Shown in pieces: positions 1-12,261 of a stretch of DNA of 64,000 bases. How positions within the stretch are numbered: position 1 is the stretch's first letter; every line of letters starts with the position of its first letter. The stretch comes from Nemertoderma westbladi. Lineage: Eukaryota > Animalia > Xenacoelomorpha. The position numbers and the translations under genes are program-made. The stretch covers positions 1 to 64,000 of the forward strand of contig JAUCBJ010000075.1 of assembly GCA_032718475.1 (NCBI GenBank). Direction: 5' to 3'. The notes under the pieces are model-generated. The model did no database searches, was not told the DNA's origin, and saw only the letters and a list, made by a program, of their open reading frames with translations.

Positions 1-517
1 CACGTTGTGGGGTCTTCGAGCAGCACGTGTTCAAATGTTCAATGACTGAGCAGCGACTAATTAACACATTTATGAGAGATTCATTGACCAGCTACAGACA
101 GATCAATATTGTTACATATATTTTAGTTTAATGTTTGATTCAATTAAAGGCACAAATTAAAAAGGCTACAATTATATAGGGGTGAATAATTAAATTAGTC
201 ACCCATTAAAAGGTAGCCAAATATAAGTTGCAATCTATATAAATTTTTAAATTCAGTAGTGTGCGTGTGTTGTGTATAGATTCCGTAGATTTCATGTTGA
301 AATAGCGTTCATTAATTTAATTTCTATTTAATTATTCAGGCATACTAATACCCACATTAAATTAGTTCGTGTGTGTTAAGTGTGTAAGATTTGATTGTTT
401 CGGCACGAACCCATTAGGGCACAGAAACTGACGGATTCGTCGCGAATTTCGCAAACGTTGCGAATTTCGCAAACGTCGCAAACATCGCGAATTTATTCTA
501 CAATTTTGACTCCTTAA

Positions 518-881
518 GCAAAAGGGTCCCTTTATTTTTTTGTGATTTTGAGTGCTTTTTTATATTAGTGAATGTTCTAGAACCTTAGTAGATTTTTTAT
601 GGTATAATGCTAGTATTTTTTACTAGCTAGTAATTTTTGGAAATTATTTTGGTCATTAATATATTCTTCAACAGTTTAACCTGAAATATCATGGACTTTC
701 ACATTTTTTATAATTTCTAAAAATACCAGCTAGCAAAAAAACACTACCGGTAGCTATCATAAAAATTATATCTACTAATGTTCTAGAATTTTCACCAATA
801 CCAAAAAAATTTAAAGACTCTAAAAAAGGATTAGTGAAAAATGGCTGGGGTGTCGACAGGGCGAAGTAGGGACCGTGTTGC
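518..881. mobile_element. Foldback/MITE-like element with imperfect long inverted arms, flanked by TTAA
   Basis: ttaa|GCAAAAGGGTCCC (514-530) is the inverted match of GGGACCGTGTTGC|ttaa (869-885). Internal arms ~560-647 and ~708-802 are imperfect reverse complements. Confidence 0.6.
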
Positions 882-1145
882 TTAACCCCTTAGAGCCTAT
901 GACGTCCAGTGCATGTCACACCATGGACAACACTAAGACGTGCATTGGACGTCATGCTGGAATACATGTTTTATTGGAAGGCTCTTGGTCTAGGTATACT
1001 GGTGGACAGTATTAAAGACATTTAGTGCTCTTCATGGGAAAAAATCCATTCTGTACTGTAGATAGGCTGTATTGTAGACTGTATTATCAATGTTAAGTAT
1101 ATGGCGTAATGCCAACCACAGTACAGTAGTACAGACTGAAAGTAA

Positions 1146-2095
1146 GACCGACAGACAGACAGACTAGATTTATTAAACGTGAAAACTGACATCTGAAATG
1201 AAATCAGCACCCATTAAAACCCCCATAACGAGAATGTTAGTTAGTTTGTATTCTTTTTTAAGTTTTGACAGACTGACTGACAGAAAGACGGATAGACCGA
1301 CAAACAGACATACTAGATTTATTAAACGTGAAAACTGACATCTGAAATGAAATCAGCACCCATTAAAACCCCCATAACTAGAATTTTAGTTAGTTTGTAT
1401 TCTTTTTTAAGTTTTGAGAGACTGACTGACAGAAAGACCGACAGCCAGACAGACTAGATTTATTAAACGTGAAAACTGACATCTGAAATGAAATCAGCAC
1501 CCATTAAAACCCCCACCACGAGAAATGTTAGTTAGTTTGTATTCTTTTTTAAGTTTTGACAGACTGACTGACAGAAAGACCGACAGCCAGACAGACTAGA
1601 TTTATTAAACGTGAAAACTGACATCTGAAATGAAATCAGCACCCATTAAACCCCCATAACGAGAATGTTAGTTAGTTTGTATACTTTTTTAAGTTTTGAC
1701 AGACTGACTGACAGAAAGACCGACAGCCAGACAGACTAGATTTATTAAACGTGAAAACTGACATCTGAAATGAAATCAGCACCCATTAAAACCCCCATAA
1801 CGAGAATGTTAGTTAGTTTGTATTCTTTTTTAAGTTTTGACAGACTGACTGACTGACAGAAGACCGACGACCGACAAACAGACAGACTAGATTTATGTAA
1901 ACCTGAAAACTGACATCAGAAATGAAATCAGCACCCCTTAAAACCCCCATAGCGAGAATGTTAGTTAATTTGAATTATTTTTTATGTTTTGACAGACTGA
2001 CTAACAGAATTACCGACAGACAGACAGACTAGATTTATGTAAACGTGAAAACTGACATCAGAAATGTAATCAGCACCCCCATAGCGAGAATGTTA
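1146..2095 (+). repeat. Tandem repeat, ~140-150 bp unit, 7 copies
   Basis: ACTAGATTT...GAAAACTGACATC...GAAATCAGCACCC recurs at ~1161, 1311, 1451, 1593, 1733, 1884 and 2026, with a GACA microsatellite at the unit junctions. Confidence 0.9.
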
Positions 2096-2727
2096 GCGAC
2101 AAGTTTTAATTATTAACCATATTTCGTAAGATATATTTTAAAACATTTATTTATTAATAATGCAATAACTGAATAACCAGATAACGGAAAGACCAACCGA
2201 ATTGAAACTTTTAATTACTAATAATAATTGTGGTGAGAGGTGATTGGAAATCAAGGATATATGTTATGTTATGGTAGGCACAGGCAAATGAATTGATGTC
2301 TGTTGAGATGTATTGAAGGAGCACTATTCCTTCTACAAGACTACTACAGTTATGTCCTTGTGTGCTAGCCTAGGCACTGGCTTGGTCAATGACTTTAGCT
2401 TGCTTCAAGAAATATTATTGGGCACGGCTGCCCTTGCCATGCCTTAGGCTCTATGGGGGAGAATGGAATCAGCATATGAATTTACAATGTTAATTATGTT
2501 TAAATCAATGAAAAATACCTTTATTAACGCAAATCACTTGAAAAAATAAAAAACTATAATGGAATGGGGTACATGGATTCCAGATATCTAATTTCTGTGC
2601 AAAATAACTTTAATCGTATGGTGCTAAATAATTAATTTCCATGGAGAGACCGTTCAAAATGACTCAACCATACAATTTAGCTGAAGATATTAATTTAGAT
2701 TATGGCTTCCGACATTTATGGCTTCCG

Positions 2728-2749
2728 ACACACACACACACACACACAG
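2728..2749. repeat. (CA)n microsatellite
   Basis: Direct CA run. Confidence 0.85.
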
Positions 2750-2799
2750 ACTTTTGAAAAACGGCCATAGTATAATTATATCAGTTCGCTGATGGCTCG

Positions 2800-3375
2800 C
2801 CATTCGTGTCTCGCCCCACAGACGAGATACTCCGTACTATCTTAGAGGAAGTCACTGCCTACCTAAATAGTTGACCCCTCATGCCTGTTTCGACCAGCCA
2901 CAAAGCGCTAGAGGCCCTCACACCAGCCCACTTTCTGATGAAAAAGAAAGTAGTGTTTTTACCAGTCTCGGCGCCCGAGGATGGTGACGAGTTATTGCGA
3001 CAGACCTGGAAGATGACTCAACTTTTGTCAAGCCGATTCACGAACCACTTTGAGCGCTTTTATCTCCCCAGTATACAACTTAGAAACAAATGGTTTTCAG
3101 TAAAGGACAACGCTAGAGTGGGCGACATGGTATTAGTAGTGGATCCCGATCTTCCCTGTAAATATTGGCAGACAGCGCGCATCGTAGAGACACACGTCAG
3201 CAGATCAGTGGATCTGGTAGTGCTCAGGGAAAAGGGTAAGCTAAACTTCGTTCCCCAGAGACTAAACCGTCCCATAGGCCGCCGCTGCCTATTAGAAATG
3301 GCACGCGAAGAGTCTGGCAACTATGGAAAACAAGAAGTCAAGCCGACAGACTTGACATATTTTTTATTGAAATAG
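2800..3375 (+). pseudogene. BEL/Pao integrase C-terminus (DUF5641-like) of degenerate element C
   Basis: TDEILRTILEEVTAYLNS*PLMPV...LTPAHFL...YLPSIQLRNKW...GDMVLV...LNRPIGRRCLLE aligns with 43350-43949 of element B. Contains an in-frame stop and the 5' part is missing. Confidence 0.9.
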
Positions 3376-4102
3376 TTAACTCCCTTAACGTTTGAGTGCG
3401 CTGCATATCACACTCAATCGTGGGAACGGGTTATGTGTCGTTAACCACTGACCCCATACGTTTTTAAAAAATATGCCATATATTCAGCTTGACAGGCTAA
3501 CATAATTTATCCTTACATCGCCTCCGTCCCAAATAACAATAGGACTGTGGGATGTTTCATGATAAACTGTTTTATATACACAGCTTGCATGAAACTTGAT
3601 CTCAGTTCTAGAACATTCTATAATATTTTTAAGAAAAGTGGGAGGTTCATGATAAGTGGTTATAAACACGACGCATGAAACCTGAACCCAACTTTGACAA
3701 CATGTTGCGATAATTTATTATTAAACATGACGCATGACAATAACAAACCTTGGTCTTGCTGTATTATGACGGCCCAATAACACTTGAATGTAGAGTCTTA
3801 ATTACGAGAGCTTAATTACTACTCCCGCTTCTTGTCAATCGCCAGAGTACAGTTAGAGATGTCAATTATTAGTTGGCTTGAAACTTCAAGAACCAATCTA
3901 GCTTGATATTGATTAATACAATATCACATCCATATAAATCCGTTCAATTCACTGTAATAATAAGCATTACGGGAACGGTCGCGGTCCACTTAGTGGCTCT
4001 CCCCCAAGGGATGAGTAAACCTAGTTTAAGTCACTGGATCTCGTAAATCTATATTTATATTATCCATTAATGGTTTAATACCACCAACCCTTTAATCACG
4101 AC

Positions 4103-5176
4103 ATTATATTATATATATTATATTATATTATTCGGAGTCCGGAGACATCACGGTCATAGCAGCGAAAGTACACATTAAAATATAACATAAACAGGTAACA
4201 CATTAAAATAAACAGTAATACAGCTGAGCGACTTATGCTATGGCACGAAAGTAAAGTAAGTAAGTACTGTATGTAAATAATATTTAGTACATAAAATAAC
4301 AGAATAAAATAAGATCTGAACGCATCTTGAGCAGAATTAAATAAAACTTTAGTTAAACATAAAATACCATTTAAAAGTGTAGTTACATAAAACGATCAAA
4401 TTTAAGAAAACTATTAAAATTCATTGCAGATATACCAGACTTAAATTGTTCTAAAGTAGGTGATGTTATTGTATCTAAGGGAATATAATTCCATGGCTTC
4501 ACAACACGATTACAGAAAGTATTTTGTACAGCTACTGATCGGCACGATAATTGTTGTAATTTACATGTGTGGCCGCGTGTTGATCGTGATGCAGGTATGG
4601 GTTTAAAAATATCAGTAGGACTAATATTTACTAGACCATTAAATATTTTATACACAAGGATCACATCAAAGTGGATACGGCGCAGTTCTAGTGCTTCTAA
4701 TTTTAGAAAGTTTAACCTGTTTGGATATGGAATACTTGCATCTAGTGAGCACCTCTTAAATAAACGCATTGTGAAGTATCGCTGCACCGATTCCAGTTTG
4801 TCACATAAGCCAATAAAGGGCTTACAAGGTATAAATGGGTTCCACACTGCACTTGCATACTCTACGAGTGGTCTAGCATAAACTTTGTAGGCAAATAGAA
4901 GAGCACTGATATCATTGGTAACAAAGCATCTAAATATTAGATTAATTGTTTTATAGCATTTGGTTACTATATTATCTATGTGGTCCTTAAAATAAAGTTT
5001 CGTATCTACTTCAACACCTAGATCACGATAGGATAGAACATTTTCTAACACCTTCATGTTTATATTATAGTTAGCACCACAATTACAGTTACCTAAAGTA
5101 AGCACCTTGCATTTGTCACCTGCAACGTTAAGTTGCCAGGTATTGGACCAGTTCGAAAATGTATCCAGGTTCGATT
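4103..5176 (-). mobile_element. 3' part of a 5'-truncated CR1-group LINE (RT C-terminus, 3' UTR, (TAATA)n tail)
   Basis: NLDTFSNWSNTWQL...DLGV...RPLVEYASAVWNP...LESVQR...STRGH...NRVVKPWN motifs in frame 4383-5170. Simple-repeat tail at ~4103-4131. Confidence 0.9.
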
Positions 5177-5318
5177 TGATTTGATTTAGTTTAATTCACA
5201 TATAGTGACAATGACACATACACATAAACACAAAATACACATAATGTTTAATATATATAGTAAAATGCTTAGTAAAAACTGTTAGTTCAGACTAATAAAA
5301 GCACGAAAATTAAAATTG

Positions 5319-8300
5319 CTAAATGTTGAAAAAGTCGGTAATATGTTTGTGCTTAGCACTGAAAGTGATCCCTGATAATTTATAAATCTGTTGTATAAAT
5401 CGCGCTTCTTCAGCGTGTTGTGGTGATGCGGTTGGTGGGGATAAACGTTGGAATAAATTTTTAGTATGGTACTCGTAATTGCAGAGTGATGTAATGGAGG
5501 GTAGTCCGTAACTTACGACCGATTTTCTGTGCATGCTCCCCAGTCCTTGATACTCAGAACGATGGTTAGATTGCAATGTAATCCGGAGGGATTCTTGGAC
5601 ATTTGTGTTGGGGCATTTTAGCGCACGAAGCAACGTACCCAAACATGATTTGTAACCCTCTAGCGACAGTGTTCCAGTTCCAAACAGATGATAAAGGGTC
5701 TCATTGGATACGTAGCATCCTAAGTGCAGGATCCCCCGTAATTGTTTCCTGTAATACAATTCCACAGTTTCAGTGTCCTTTTTGGATAGCTCCCCAATGC
5801 GAAACTTGAGTCGGTATAACAAGGATGATAGGGCAACAGTCCGCCATAACATTGCCACCGTCTGTACAGGATAGTGTTTCGTCGTCCACCCGTTTCTGTG
5901 GAACGAGTCTGTGAGAGCGGCGATCGATTGTATGATGTCTGAGGCCCCTGTTTTGTTATGTCCCGGACTTCCATAGATTGTGACCCCAAGAAATGTTAGG
6001 AACGGTGATGCTGCATGAAGATGGTCATTAATGGAAATCATGAGTGGTGGGCTCTGATTTTTTTTATTATGGTATGGTTCTTTGAATATCCAATTCACTT
6101 TGGTTGTTTCCAAGACAAGGTTTAGATTAGTCAGTTTGGATTGTATGAGAGTGGTCATCTGTTTGATTTCGTTGTCGGAGGTTCCCAGCAGCAGTATGTC
6201 ATCAGCATAAGATAGCGCGCTTATAATCAAATGAAAAATTCGGCAACCTCTACTGTCTGGACCCCCATCGTGTAGTTGTGAGAGAACACCATTCGTGTAG
6301 AAGTTAAATAAAATTGGTGATATGATTGATCCTTGTTTCAAGCCATTGTGCATTGCGAATCCATTTACATCTACTGAGCCATTGATGTTTATGAATACTG
6401 TGCTCAAATTATAGTATACAGCCAGAAGTCGACATATATGGGGATTCATATGACCTGATAGTTTCTTGAACAAGAGGTAATGGTTGACTGAGTCAAATGC
6501 TGATGCAATGTCCATTTGGCAGACATACACCCCGGACCCCCTGCTGCGATAGAATTCAATATATTCCAGTATGGCACTGATTATGACATCAGACCCTATG
6601 AGCTTTTGGTAGGCAAATTGCATTCCGTCAGGCTGTAAGTCAGCTAAGTAATCCTTCAGTATTACACCTTCAAGAATTTTTGCGAATAGACTGATAGATG
6701 CAATAGGGCGGTAGGATGAAGGATTTAGAGTGTCTTTGCCTTTACCTTTGTAGAGACACTTGATAACTGTTTCTCCAAAAAAGGATGGTAGGACACCGAG
6801 GCGGATTGATTCGTTGAACAATCTGGATAGGTGTTTACAAACTGCTTCTTTGTCTGTATAGAGCAAGTGTTCAATGGTGAGTGTTCGGTTGTCTGGTGCT
6901 TTGCCCTTGCCTAATAGTAGGACTACCTTTTCTATTGTTTTCTCCGAAATTACAGGGCGTTCCGTTTCCTTGCATTTTATATCGATGTCATCCATTAACG
7001 TTTCCCATTCACCTGATTGTTTTGAGTCTCTGTGAAATTGTTCACGTAAATGAGTTGTGAGAGGAGTTCGCATAGATTCTGGTGTGTCTGAGGTTTGTTT
7101 TCCATTAAGATGGCTCCAAAGGTTTCGTCGCCTGGCTGTTTGATTATCAACTACCTTGTGAATGTATTGGGATAATTTCTGCTTTGTTAACCAGTTTCTG
7201 AGGCGTCTCACCGCACGTTTGGAGTCCTTGAACATCTGGTGGAATGGATCCGACAGACCTTTTCCACGCTCACACCAAATGCCATACAGAGTTTTGGTAA
7301 TTTTGGATTTCTCGTTGAGTCGATTATTCCTTATCCTATAGTTGCGCGTTCGTTTCCTGATGCTAACCTGAGGGATATATACACAGGCAGCTTCGTAGAA
7401 TATGTTCTGTAGTGAGTCTCCATACCACTCAAGGTCCTCTTTGGTCCAGCTTTTTGAGTTGCCTTCAATAATCCCATCAAGGCTGTTGAGACCAGTAAGG
7501 GTCGAAATCTTGTAATTTTCCAATTGTTCTTCACTGCATTTGTCCCAGTTGAACCGGCGTATGCTGCGGTGCATTGAGTCCCTGGGTCCTTTGATGTTAG
7601 GTGATGATTTTAATGTGGTGTTTATTTTTAACTTAGCTGATATTGGCACGTGATCAGAATGGTTTAACACATTATCCATATTATAAATTCTGCCATTCGT
7701 GATAAGTTCCGACCCTACTTCAGTAGTTACAATGTGATCTATGTAGGTGCAACTACGTCCATAGAAAGTGCAACATGGCCCTTGAAAATTATCTAGGGTA
7801 TCCGCCGCTACAAGGGAATGTTCAGTTAGAAAGGTGTTCAGGTGTTGTCCTCTAGTGGAGGCCTCTGGCCGGCTACACCGAATGCCTTGCAAGGGCCCAA
7901 CATCAGCGTTCCCATCTATTAGAATTAGAGGTATTGCTAAAGGTTGAGAGTTTATGGTATTGCTTAGTCTACCAAGAAAGTCATTGTATATGGATGTTGG
8001 CTTGCTTGAGTCTGGTGCATAAGCTGAGAGAATAAGCAGCTGTTTCTCCGACCCGTCTACAGTGGCCTTGACTCCAATTATATCATTCTTAGACTCAATA
8101 TGATCAATCGACTTGAAAATACCACGTTTAATGAGTAAACATACTCCCCCCCTTGTGATTTTCGAGGCCTCATGTGTGGTTCCAGGTAAGTATTTGCATA
8201 TGTACCCCTTGCCAAAAGTTCCATCAAGGATCTCTTTACATTCCACTGCATCCATCCAGTGCTCCTGTATACCTAAAATACTCATATCATGTAGTAAGCT

Positions 8301-8498
8301 ACTAATGTACTCTAAGTTGCCAATGAGACCTCTGGTGTTGAAGCTACCACAGTTTAACAGAAGACCGTCAGTAGAATTGATATTGTTAGAATCTAGACTT
8401 GTACAAGGGTTTTGATTGGTATCGCTGACATTGTGCTTGGTTGCTGACTGTGAGCAATTGGCTGTGATCCCACTGCCATTATTAAAGATGTGGCCGTC
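5319..8498 (-). CDS. LINE ORF2: APE endonuclease plus reverse transcriptase
   Basis: Frame is open from 8498 (first ATG at 8285). EN motifs SFNTRG, IQEHW, AYAP, DGNAD, IDHI, SDH; RT motifs YRPIA, DIASAFD, GLKQGSIISPILFN, YADD, FLGV. Confidence 0.92.
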   Translation of the reverse strand, partial: DGHIFNNGSGITANCSQSATKHNVSDTNQNPCTSLDSNNINSTDGLLLNCGSFNTRGLIGNLEYISSLLHDMSILGIQEHWMDAVECKEILDGTFGKGYICKYLPGTTHEASKITRGGVCLLIKRGIFKSIDHIESKNDIIGVKATVDGSEKQLLILSAYAPDSSKPTSIYNDFLGRLSNTINSQPLAIPLILIDGNADVGPLQGIRCSRPEASTRGQHLNTFLTEHSLVAADTLDNFQGPCCTFYGRSCTYIDHIVTTEVGSELITNGRIYNMDNVLNHSDHVPISAKLKINTTLKSSPNIKGPRDSMHRSIRRFNWDKCSEEQLENYKISTLTGLNSLDGIIEGNSKSWTKEDLEWYGDSLQNIFYEAACVYIPQVSIRKRTRNYRIRNNRLNEKSKITKTLYGIWCERGKGLSDPFHQMFKDSKRAVRRLRNWLTKQKLSQYIHKVVDNQTARRRNLWSHLNGKQTSDTPESMRTPLTTHLREQFHRDSKQSGEWETLMDDIDIKCKETERPVISEKTIEKVVLLLGKGKAPDNRTLTIEHLLYTDKEAVCKHLSRLFNESIRLGVLPSFFGETVIKCLYKGKGKDTLNPSSYRPIASISLFAKILEGVILKDYLADLQPDGMQFAYQKLIGSDVIISAILEYIEFYRSRGSGVYVCQMDIASAFDSVNHYLLFKKLSGHMNPHICRLLAVYYNLSTVFININGSVDVNGFAMHNGLKQGSIISPILFNFYTNGVLSQLHDGGPDSRGCRIFHLIISALSYADDILLLGTSDNEIKQMTTLIQSKLTNLNLVLETTKVNWIFKEPYHNKKNQSPPLMISINDHLHAASPFLTFLGVTIYGSPGHNKTGASDIIQSIAALTDSFHRNGWTTKHYPVQTVAMLWRTVALSSLLYRLKFRIGELSKKDTETVELYYRKQLRGILHLGCYVSNETLYHLFGTGTLSLEGYKSCLGTLLRALKCPNTNVQESLRITLQSNHRSEYQGLGSMHRKSVVSYGLPSITSLCNYEYHTKNLFQRLSPPTASPQHAEEARFIQQIYKLSGITFSAKHKHITDFFNI

Positions 8499-10259
8499 CT
8501 ATTGGGATAGGTGTGTATGTGTAACGCTTGGTATGGAGCTGTGAATGCCCTATGTTGTTGGTTGATGGAATTGGGTGGGGACGATTGAATGTTTCTCTTC
8601 GATCTTTCCAGGCTACACATATAATCCCTTCCGTCCAGAAGTTCCTTTCCAAAAGATTGTGTGAGTTATGTGTATACGCTATTACCTTCATATTCTTACA
8701 GTTGTTATGAATCCTTGTAGTAATCCGGTATACCCTAACCCCTCTTTCTTCAATGTAAGCAACAACATCCTCTTCAGAGTGTTTCCTGTCTATCCCATTA
8801 ACAAAGTACGCTGCTGTTGGCAGTGGGTCCGCTGCTGTGAGATTATGTTTATGATATTTGGTTTGTGAGTCGTATGAATCCCTTCTTTTGAAATTACTTG
8901 AAGCGGATATTCTATCATTACTCATGTCTTTCTGTGACCCTTTGCTGAGGTTGCTGTATAATGAGTTTTTCGGCTTGTTATGTTCCAAATAACTGCTTGT
9001 TTCATACCTTCGCTTGTAATCTAGAATAGGCCTAGATGAAGATCCATTATCAATTGTATCAACAGTGGACCCACTCAGGGACTCGTACCTGTTGTGAAGC
9101 AAAATGTTTGGGTTAATATATTCTCCGTCTCTCTCATCTTCTCTCCGGTTTGGTGGGACTGAGGTAGTTGTTTCATGGAGACGGGAGGAATGAGTTCTGT
9201 TGTCCCAGTTAGTTGATGACGAATCTTTAGAAATTGCCGTGTTGTTCCATTTTGATTTGTTGGGGTTCGTAATATGTTCGTTGCAAGTGACATTATTTGC
9301 TGAATAATTTTGGGACACTCGGTTTGATATCTCTGTTGGTTTGTCATCGGAATCGCCACTGGAAGAAACTGAGTCAATAACTATCAAATTATCTGGATCT
9401 TCGCTCCAGTCGTCGAGACTGATAGGAGGTCCTTCATCTGAGCGAACAGATGTGAAACAGTTCTTGTATGGAACTGATACTTGTGAATAGGGTATACTTC
9501 CTGTTCCATTTGGTTGTGTTGTCAAGATATCGACTTTATGTTGTAGTACCATTCTATGGTGTCTCTCATGGTTCAGTTCATCCGTGATATTCCTTACCTC
9601 TTGTTTTAACTCGTCCTGGTATGTTTCATTCTTGCAGATACGAGTTTGGAGAACCGCTATGGTATTAATGAAGTCTTGTCGTAGCCTGTCCAATGATGAT
9701 GTGGAGTCCTCAGCTATGTTTAAATCCTTTTTTAGGCGGCGTTTACAGCTGTCTGTGAAGCAATTGTCCTCTTTACATCTGTACAGCTCGTATATATCAA
9801 TAGCCATCTCCTTAGCAGAAGCTCTCGATCGTAGTTGTAGTGTGGCGCAGTTGATTGGGGTCATTAAGAATTTTACGTCATTTAATAGTTGCTCTCTCAA
9901 AAGATTCCGAAGATCAATTGGATACTGCGAGATTAATCTAATAGCATCTTGGCGTGGATGCTGCACAATTTGGTGGAGAGGAGACCCATCCATGAGGTTG
10001 TTTAACACTGGCCAATGACTTGAGTCAGATAAATCCTTGCCACCCACAAGAGAAAGAGTGGGTACCTTTGGCGATCCTATGGTCTCTCGTGATTGTGTTT
10101 GTTTGACATGGTTGAATGCAAGCGGGTTTGTATCCGTATTAAGGCTTGGTGTTGAATTGGTATTTGTGTTTGTGGTAGTGTACTGATTAAGGGTGGTGGT
10201 TAACGGAGATGTAGAACTGAAGTGTTCGTATGGGTCATTGTATTTTACGCTGTTTAGTA

Positions 10260-10840
10260 TGTTTAGTATCCACCTTCGGACAGGCACTGACCCCCCTGTG
10301 TTGTTGGGCAGATAAGATTTGCCATGTGCGATGGCAGATGCGTATTGACAAACAAATGCGCCACAGTCATATGCGTTGTCTTGTAAAGGAAATGTGTGAT
10401 ATGTCATCGAGTCTGTGCATTTCCAGGGTGTTAATTTGGTGTGAGCAGGGTCAACTTTTTTATAGTGATGGTCCATAAGATTGAGGAGTGAGCCCAATCT
10501 TCTGGTGACATCATTTGGTTTGGTGTTCCCGAGTGGACACAATTTGTATACAGATCGGTGTTCAGTATCCACGATGTGAATGATATGGTGGGAGCTTGAG
10601 CATTGTGGAATCAGGATATATTTTACAGGCGTGTTGACCTAGTAGGTAGACTTAGCATATAACTTCTTGCAATGTATTTTGCTGCTTCAACTCTATTGTA
10701 GTTTCGATATGCTAGCTTTTGTGTTAATTCGTCACTCACCCACGCAATGTTGTCCATGTTGCGCTCGAGTATCCAACAGAATGCGTTTATCACACCGTTT
10801 GTTATTAAATTATTTCCGTTCAGTGATTGTGTGTCTATAA
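10260..10840 (-). other. Ulp1/SENP (peptidase C48)-like domain inside ORF1
   Basis: LITNGVINAF ... YILIPQCSSSHHIIHIVD ... PLQDNAYDCGAFVCQYA parallels the C48 motifs WLNDEVINFY / IP-x-HW / PQQxNxxDCGVF. Confidence 0.7.
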
Positions 10841-12261
10841 TGGTTGGCTGTGATATTCCATAATATAGTCCTTCAGTGTCAGACTTGTATATCTTTGCCG
10901 CTATTGTGTTTAATTCGTCATTAAGTGTAGAGGTTGATTTTTGCTTAATGTCTTTGCTCACATTGGTTTTGATCTCAATGACTGAGGAGTTGAGATCATC
11001 AGACCAGATTCCACCTACTTCACTGTATATATTTGCTACTTTCGCTTCGCTACTTGAAGCAGTTGGGTTTTCTTGGTTATTTCTTTCGGTACCTTTGCAC
11101 TTTCTTTCTACCCATGTGCCATTCTCCTGTAAGTCATCTATCATCACACATTCCTTAATGACTAGACAGGGGGCACGGTCCATTTGAACTGGAGGTTGGA
11201 ACGCTGTACAATTGGCATTGAGTAGGCCATTGAGTTGACCCACCGCGACTACATCTTTGTTGAAGGTGTTTTCGATGTCCGGGTAGACAGTAATGTTCTC
11301 CTTGTGGGTACTGGAAGGTCCTTCACCAAGGAAGGTAATATCGTTGGGGCAGAAGAGAGGTGCTGTGGCTGATAGGGCCGAGTGGGCGCCTGAAGAAGTT
11401 GGAGTTGTAGTGTCCTGTTCGGGTAAGGATGTTGTTTGTGACTGAACTGTAGGTGTCTGTGGCAAGGGAGATGTTGTAGATCTCTCAGGGGTGGAATTCG
11501 AATTTGAATTGTTAAAGTGCTCAAGCTCAGCCGCGATGGATACGCAGTCATGGGTTACTGGTTGTGACATAGTAATTGGTTGGAATTGGACAGTGGGCGA
11601 TGATTGAATCTGCGTTACTGGCGTTGTTTGGGAATGTGCTGGTGGAGTTTGCAATTCCAACGTTGCATGTGCTATGGGCGTCTTCTTTTTGCCCTTGACT
11701 ACTTTATTGGGCTTAGTGAGGGATGGTATTGGGGCAGGTAGGCCTTTGCTCCTCGTACAGGGTCCTGAGGAAATATAACTAGGTGAGCAAGCTGTCTCTG
11801 TATGTGTTGTATTGTGGCGTGGGGCAGGGTGTAGTAGGTGTTCTTCAGTGTCAGTGAAGCTATTGACGGGTATGTGGCTATGTATGGTCGAATTGGGATT
11901 ATCTGAGGAGACTTTAAAAGTGGCGTCCAAGGGGACATGTGTAATACGGGACATTTGGGGTGGAGTGGTGTAGGCTATACTATTACTGGTGCTACTAGAA
12001 ATGTGTGATGGTTTCAGTGGTGGGCGGGTGGAGGTAACAGTACACGACATTGGTAGGGATGGGCCCATGCATATGCATGCCGCACTATACACAGTACAGT
12101 TACTGCTACAAATACAGGTATTTATTGAAAAAGATACACAAGTTTTACTATTGATTGGATCAGTTGTTGAAAAAGATACACAAGTTTTACTATTGATTGG
12201 ATCAGATGTAACAAAATTATGATTGAATCGATCCAACCTTTCAAGTCCGATTTGCCCCTCA

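Noticed and set aside
882-956. TTAACCCCTT piggyBac-like end followed by a GACGTC hairpin
   Set aside because: No partner terminus was found, so element limits cannot be supported.
3776-3795. 18/20 match (CCAATAACACTTGAATGTAG) to the A/B 3' region in the opposite orientation
   Set aside because: Short, AT-rich and inverted relative to the element; cannot be distinguished from chance by eye.
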